A model generated the notes under the pieces. The model was not told the origin of the DNA. It saw nothing but the letters and a program-made list of their open reading frames with translations, and searched no databases. Of a stretch of DNA of 64,000 nt, positions 57,400-64,000 are shown piece by piece. Position 1 is the first letter of the stretch, and each line of letters starts with the position of its first letter. Origin of the DNA: Amoebidium appalachense (Eukaryota; Protista; Ichthyosporea); NCBI GenBank assembly GCA_963693365.1, contig CAVNZM010000016.1:7361029-7425028 (forward strand), read 5' to 3'. A program made the position numbers and the translations under genes.

Positions 57400-59225
57400 A
57401 TGCGCTTCCTTGTGGTTGCTGCCCTTGTGGCTGGGGCACTTGCTGTGCCGGGCCATGGCCCACAGGGCAGACCGTGGGAGCAGGACGGCTGGAAACCAGA
57501 CAAGGACTTCAGCAACGCGTTTGTGCGCACGGCTGACTTCCAGCTGGACTGGCTGGAATGCAGGCACGACTCCAAGCGCCTGCAGCACCCCCTCTACAGC
57601 GAGTGGTGTGCAAAGACAAGGGGCGCCAACTCGGCAAATGCCCCAGGGCAGCAGGCTAGGGCTGGCAGGGCCGTGAGTGAGGGCGACCAGGTCTGTGCGC
57701 CCACTGGCTCCCTAGACCGCAGCACGGCACTCACCATGGCCTACCTGGCCAGTGCCGTCTACAACACTGCCCCTGTCACAGATCCCTCCTGGCCCACCTC
57801 ATACACCCTTCTGGCCACCTACGCCTCAAGTGGCTCTGACTACGGCCTGCTGGCCCGCCACACAGACGGCCACCTTGTGCTGGCCTTCCGCGGCACAAAC
57901 GACATCAGTGACTGGATCAGCAACGTCAATGTTGGGTCTGGTGAGCTCAAGGAGGGCCTGCAGAAGAATGGCGCCACCATCCATCCGGCCGTGCACCGTG
58001 GGTTCCTGGGTGGCTTCAACACCCTTCGCATCCAGGAGTCCTGTACGCTGTTGTTCTGGTGCAGCCAGGCACACAGCCCCCTCTACGTGGCCCTGCTCAA
58101 TGCCCTTGCCGCCAACCCCAACACACGTGTCATCATCACCGGCCACTCACGTGGTGGTGCCCTGGCGTCTGTTGCCGCCCTGCACCTTATGTACGACAGC
58201 ACCCTCAACACCTACAGTGCCGCAGCAAACACTGCCCTCAACAGTGTGCGCTCACGCCGAGCCATATCCCTCTACACCTTTGGGGAGCCCCGTGGGCTCA
58301 AGTTCAGGGGGGAGGCAAGCACGGACACGAGCCGTTTGGACGCCATCAGCAAGTACCGCTTCACTTACTACGGCGACCCGGTGCCGGGCACACCGCCTGC
58401 TGGCGTGGTTGAGCCCTCGTGCTGGCTGGATGGATACTGCGAGACCTGGCGCCACTGGGGGGTGGCCCACAGGTGAGCCGGAGGTGTACATCTGTGATGG
58501 ATGCCAGAGTTTATTCTTCCGTCATGTGTCTATCTAGATCTTAGTTCGTTATAATGCATTGGCATGCAAGACTTCGTGACTCCAAATTCTAAGATTGAGC
58601 TCTGCAAATTTTTTCTGTGCATCAGGTCCATGCTAACGCCTTTTTCTCCCGCAGGCTGTGGCAGGACAACCCTTCCACCAGCGAGGCTGTGTCGTGGGGG
58701 GGTGACCAGTATGGGCTCACGGGGCTGCTTGAAAACCGCTGCCCAAACAACAACTTCCCAAACACCAACGCCGACTGGTCGACCCAGGTGTGGCGCCACA
58801 ACATGGCCGACTCCTACATCCAAACATGGCACCGCCTAGTGCCTGTTACGTCAGCCACCCTACCTAAGGGCTGGTCCCTAGTGGCCTGTATGCACTCTGG
58901 TATGGGGTGTGCATCAGCCAACCGCCTAGCCACCACCTGCACCACACTTGCTGCCGGGGCCACCACCCAGACAGCAAAGTGCCTGCTGTGGCCTGGCACC
59001 ACCGCCCCCACCCGCATAAGTGTCAAGCCGGTGACTGGGGGCAACAGCAGCTTCACCCCCACCACTGATACTGCTTGCACCCTGCCCATCAACAGCCAGG
59101 CTAGGAGTGGGCCCGCCTTCACGTGCCTGGGCGCATATCGTGTGCTGATGGGTGGCGTCACCAGCGACACGTACATACTGCACCGCACGACTTACCCGAC
59201 TGACCCGTACCCCGTTGCCTACTGA
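57400..59225 (+). CDS. Secreted class-3 lipase (alpha/beta hydrolase) with Thr/Cys-rich C-terminal extension (2 exons, ~547 aa)
   Basis: Exons 57400-58472 and 58655-59225 (gtgagc...gctaac...cag). Signal peptide MRFLVVAALVAGALA; LAFRGT, VHRGF, ITGHSRGGALA, YTFGEPR, GDPVP, WRHNM. TATA-like tatatataaa at ~57216. Confidence 0.9.
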
Positions 59226-59730
59226 GCCAGGTGGATAGACAGGATAACTTCACAACTAAGTACCAACAAGACTTGGGTAGCTGGCTGTATAGCGTTTACT
59301 AATAGAGGCTGCAAGGAAAGCCAGTGATAGCTGGTGCCCAGTGGGACTTGTTTATTTATAGCTATTTGCCGTTAAGTACTTTGTGCTACAGCCACTTGGA
59401 AAAATAGACTTTAACGCCATTTTTGCACAAGGAAGTGCTTAACTTCGGCAAAAGTTTCTTGCGAGAGCAAGCCCCCCTCCCCCCCCCCCCCCCCTCCCCC
59501 CTCTTCCTTCCCCAACAAGTCCCGCACAAACCCACGCACCAACGAAAGCGAGCCCCATAACCCCCCCCTCCCCCCCCCCCCCCCCCCTCTCCCCCCCCCG
59601 GCCGGGCCCCACCTCCCTTACCGTGCACCAACCTTCTCACCAACAATATGAGTGAAGATTGCCTGCACAGGCATGTATCTCCTGTGTGACTCGGCGCGTG
59701 CGCGCGTGTCTGTGTGTGCGCGTGTGCGTG

Positions 59731-59762
<32 letters not shown>

Positions 59763-60582
59763 CGTGTGTGTGTGTGTGTGTGCGTGTGTGCGTGTATGTA
59801 TGTAAGGCGCCACACGGACACAAGAGCGCACCTGTTTTTATGCACCGTGCTTGTATGTTAGTGGTTGTACACACATTAAGATACTGGTGCAGGTGCAGTT
59901 GTGTCCGTGTGCGCGTGCTGTGCGTGTGCGTGGAAGTGTGGGTGTATATGCAGGGTGTCGTGTGTGTGGTGGGGGCTCCTGTGTGGGTGTGTGTACCTGT
60001 ATGGTGCCAGGGTAAGCACGAGAGCCCATGTGTTGTGAAACTGCGTATCTGTGTACACGTGCTGCTAGCAGTGCCTCACTGAACCTTTGCGCTGGAGCAC
60101 GAGTTTACGTATAACAGACCAGAAGCCATGTGCTGGGGGCCCAAGAAAGTACGGTAGAAAGGGATCTTTAGATCATGTCCTCGGACTTTTGGAACAATAG
60201 GCTGCTCTTCAGGGTTTGCTTGCCTACAACGACACGCGCTACCGAGCCCCTTCTTGCGGTCCTCATATCCATTCACATCTCTATTACATTTTATCAGGTG
60301 CGCTGGCACCTTGCAAGTCCTGCGACCAACAACTTAACTCTTTACCAACCACACTTTAGCTTTATTACTATTGTACAAACTAACTATATAGCGTGTTCTG
60401 TGCAGCGGAGAGAGTGAAGTCCATGTGACAGAGAGCGAACTGTAGTTTGCGTAACAGTCATTAGCGCACATTATTTCATTAACGTCAACCAATACCTGCG
60501 CTTATCGCTAATGGATCGGAGCGAAGCAAACGCGGCAAACAGAGACCAGCACCGGGCGGTAAAACGAGACGGGCGTATCGTC

Positions 60583-60611
60583 ACACTTCCTTTTCGCAAG
60601 GCTAAGACATC
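60583..60611 (+). promoter_or_regulatory. Probable non-coding first exon of RPL31 with a 5' TOP-like pyrimidine tract
   Basis: cttccttttc at ~60586-60595, then a strong donor gtaagt at 60612. The acceptor cctacag at 61144 lies 4 nt before the ATG. Ribosomal-protein mRNAs often start in pyrimidine tracts. Confidence 0.6.
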
Positions 60612-61148
60612 GTAAGTATCAGTCGATTATCCGCCTCCATCCAACCTATATTGCCAGCATCAGAGGGTAGCTGGTAATGGCTATGCACGTAGAATGCAGG
60701 ATAGGTCTCTACAGGGGTGGAAGAGAAGGCCCGAAGGATGGGAACTACTGCACCGAGACATGGGATACTTGAGGGATACATCATATCGTGTGTAGAAGTA
60801 GGGCAAGTAATGAAGTACATGTTAGACGACCACACATTACGCGGCCGGGGCAACAGCCGGGGTATTTCAGTAAGCACTTTGCTGTTACAGCGGGACAACT
60901 CATGGCATACGCACGACTAATTGTGGAGGACGACCCTCGATCATGCCTCTCGACTGGGTGCATCATCCCTGGGTACTTGACTGTTAGGCTGCAGACTCTC
61001 GGCAGGCACCAATTTTCACCTACTATTTTAATAGCTATGGCATAGATCAAGCACCCGTTATATGCGGGGCTGCCATTTCATTGTTATGCTGGTCGGTGCC
61101 GGAACATGAAGCCGTTCTGTCGTTGACCAGACATCTCCCTACAGAAAA

Positions 61149-63169
61149 ATGGCACCACCCAAGGGCGAGGGTAAAGGCAAGCGCCGCAAGGCAGTTAGCG
61201 ATGTCATCAGCCGCGAGTACACCATCCACCTGCACAAGCACGTGCACGGGGTGTAAGTTGACCCTGCTTGTCCTAGCGCCAGCATGCACGTGTCCATACA
61301 CCTAACACAGGGCACAAACTGCATTGTGCAGGCACAAAACTCATGCACAGAGCACATACACATACACACTTCGCACGCATACATATGCACATACGGGCAC
61401 TCACACACATCCTCTTCCCTGAGTCGGTCTGTCGTCTCACACTCTCGCCATTTTGCTACTCCCTCTATCGGTTCGTCTATGTTGCCTATGCTTGCGCACA
61501 CCTTCATCATCACCCATTTGTTCTTGCCTTTTTTGATGTGCACGCACACAACAGAATTCTCATAGTGTGTGCACACCGACGTATGTGTTCTGTTTTCTTC
61601 TCGTCCTGTATTTTGCAATAGCACACTTAACTAGACACCCACACCGCATCACAGTCAACCTAGCTAACCTGTTGGAACACACCCCCTGGACGGGCCTGTA
61701 CTGCCGGGCTGTATCCGATCATCGTCGATAGCTGTAGGCAGGTCTTCAGAGAAAGCCACAGTGGGTCTTTCTCTTTGCCTTTTTTCGTTTGCCGTTAGTG
61801 TCTCTTGGCAGGTTGCATCTCTCCACGATCAGAATTTACCCAAGACATCTGAACCTTTTGTAGGCAAGAGCATCGCGACCAAAGACTGGGAGTGTGCATG
61901 GAGGAATGGCTAGCACTTTTTATTCATTGTGCAAGCCTACACTTTTCCATATTGCGGCGTAAGGACCTGAATACGACACTCTGAGAAGGGAGATGGCGGC
62001 TGGAGGTATCGAGACCAGCTAGGAGGGAATAATGGGCAGAGTGGCTTAGACGAGTGGGCTGTTGGGAACTCTGGGAAGTCCTATAATTCTTATTCTTCAA
62101 GCACCCACCAACCTGCACACACTCGATGCATCCAACTCTGCTATATGTGTCGTGTGCTGCCATATGCAGGCAAGCAGGGGCGGCATGGGGCAATCATAGG
62201 CGGTGCAGTGCACGGTAATGTGGTGCAGGCATCGATGTAACACGTGTGGTGTCTGTAGGCACTGATCTAGTGTGTGTGGGTGTGCACATCGTGATATCAT
62301 ATTGGTACGTCCAATGAATGATACCATGCTTGGGTGCACGTATAGTGATGTGTTTGTATCAATCTGCAGGCAGTTCAAGAAGAGGGCGCCACGGGCCATC
62401 AAGGCCGTGAAGGCGTTTGCCAGCAAGGCCATGGGCACCAAGGATGTGCGCCTCGACACGCGCCTCAACAAGCACATCTGGTCCAGCGGCGTGCGCAACG
62501 TGCCCAGGCGCGTGCGTGTGCGTCTGAGCCGCAAGCGCAACGAGGACGAGGATGCCGAGGAGAAGCTCTACACCCTCGTCACCTTCGTGCCCGTCGCTGA
62601 CTTCCACGGTGCGTGCACGTGCTGGGGGGAGGGGGGCTACAGGGGCGTGTGTCTGGGGAGAGAGAGTGCGGGGTGGTGTTTTTTTGGGGAGCGGGGGCGG
62701 GGAGTCAAATTAAGGGAATAATGTTGGGGGTGTGTGTGCGCTCCTGTATTCGGGGTTGGCTATCGTGCAGGTGCTGCGTGGAAGCCTTTGCTGGTGGTTT
62801 ATGGGTATGGTGCTGGTGGTGGTAGTGGAGGGGGGATGATGGGGGGATAGTTGCAGCCATGTGTGTGTGGGGCATAATGAGACCGTGGGGATGAGGGGAG
62901 AGGAGAATGTTTAGGGTGGTGGCGAATGTGTTTGTGCAGCGGGCACGTGGGTTAGAGTTCTGTCATTGGATAGGTGTGGGTTCGAATTTTTCCTGCACGT
63001 GTGTGTGGGTACTGTTTGTGCTTGCATGCATGTGTGGGGTGTGCATGAGGGTGGTGAGGTTGTTTGGGTATGTGTGTGTTGGGTGTTTTTGGGTTTGATA
63101 AGCCTGTTTTGTGACTGACACATTGCGCCGTGTGCAGGCCTGGAGACCAAGGTTGTCGACGAGGAGTAA
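61149..63169 (+). CDS. RPL31: 60S ribosomal protein eL31 (3 coding exons, 124 aa)
   Basis: Exons 61149-61252, 62370-62608, 63138-63169 (375 nt). Motifs [72 protein letters not shown]. Confidence 0.97.
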
Positions 63170-64000
63170 ATAAAGTCCCTGTGGGATACCCCTCGTCCAT
63201 GCGGTCCTTGTTTGTGTTTTTTTTTTGGGGGGGGGGGGGGGGTTGCACTTCAAAGGGTGCCGGGTAATGATATGTGTTGGGTACGTGCATGGTGTCTGGT
63301 GTGTCTGTGCACTTACTGTGTCTGCCACGATGTACGGCCGACGTGTCCATGTGTGTATTTGGTGGGGCATATGAAGGGGGCATAGAGTTGAGGGGGGTGA
63401 TGTGAGGACGGGGAGGGGGGGGGGGGGGGGTCGTGGCTGCTTGCCGTGTGCTGCTAGCAGACATTGTGATTTTGCATGCTTGTCACTGCTGTTTCTAATG
63501 CGGTGCACATGGTCTTGCATTCAGAGCATGTGAGTGCTACAAGCATATTGGTTTGCACCGAGTTTGCAAGTGTGTCGTGCACTTTGCAACGTTTCTTGCT
63601 TTTTGTCTCTCCCCCCCCCCCCCTGCGGCCCAAATTTGGTCCCAACCCAATTGATATACCCAACCATGCTCATACGTTGCACCCATGCTTAAACAGTAAT
63701 GTGCATGCCAAAGCCAACAAGTCAAGGAGAAAGAGAAACCCCTTTTGTGTCTATTTCTTCACTGCTCGGAATTTATGCAGTCGATCGCGCGATCGAAAGT
63801 CAGTGCATGGGCTCAGTAACGTTCTGGTGGATCCGTGAACAATATTTGGTGTTGGGTCAACATATAGCTTGCCTTTTTCGAGTGATTGCAATCTCCCGAT
63901 TTATATGGGTAGTTTTACTGAGCTCTTTGGCATGTGTTGCAAATAAGCCAGAGCACAAGGATAAATTATGTGTTCTGCACTGCATAGACGTCGATCTAAA

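Noticed and set aside
61620-62100. Intron-encoded H/ACA snoRNA in RPL31
   Set aside because: Plausible location, but I could not establish a two-hairpin H/ACA structure by eye.
62934-62998. tRNA-like sequence in an RPL31 intron (ggttagag ... gggttcgaat, gtgcag/ctgcac ends)
   Set aside because: The T-stem and anticodon arm do not pair, it is too short, and gtgcac-like words are ubiquitous here.

Overview
Eukaryotic nuclear DNA, heavily loaded with (CA)n/(GT)n, (CT)n, poly-C/poly-G tracts and minisatellites. Gene content and style suggest a unicellular opisthokont, possibly an ichthyosporean (inference only). Four intron-containing housekeeping genes were reconstructed by hand with phase-consistent exon chains: mitochondrial ATP synthase beta (7 exons, 500 aa), phenylalanyl-tRNA synthetase beta (17 exons, 590 aa, one GC-AG intron), Elf1 (3 exons) and ribosomal protein eL31 (3 coding exons). 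Intron-poor accessory genes lie among them: a bacterial-type nitrilase-family hydrolase, a FAD2-like desaturase head-to-head with a DUF5765/DUF6629-like membrane protein, a secreted class-3 lipase, a pectin-acetylesterase/Notum-family pseudogene and a possible 75-aa orphan gene. There are two related non-LTR retrotransposon remnants. The most notable unexplained structures are: (i) 3' splice sites embedded in (CA)n, with distant branch points and long AG-free zones; (ii) complementary simple repeats at intron ends; (iii) an intronic dispersed element always seen in sense orientation, one copy with a box C/D-like layout; (iv) a 1.8-kb array of 48-bp units whose indels are all multiples of 3; (v) a 58-bp near-perfect hairpin. 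Most long ORFs in the supplied track are microsatellite artefacts. All coordinates were counted by hand and no database searches were run.
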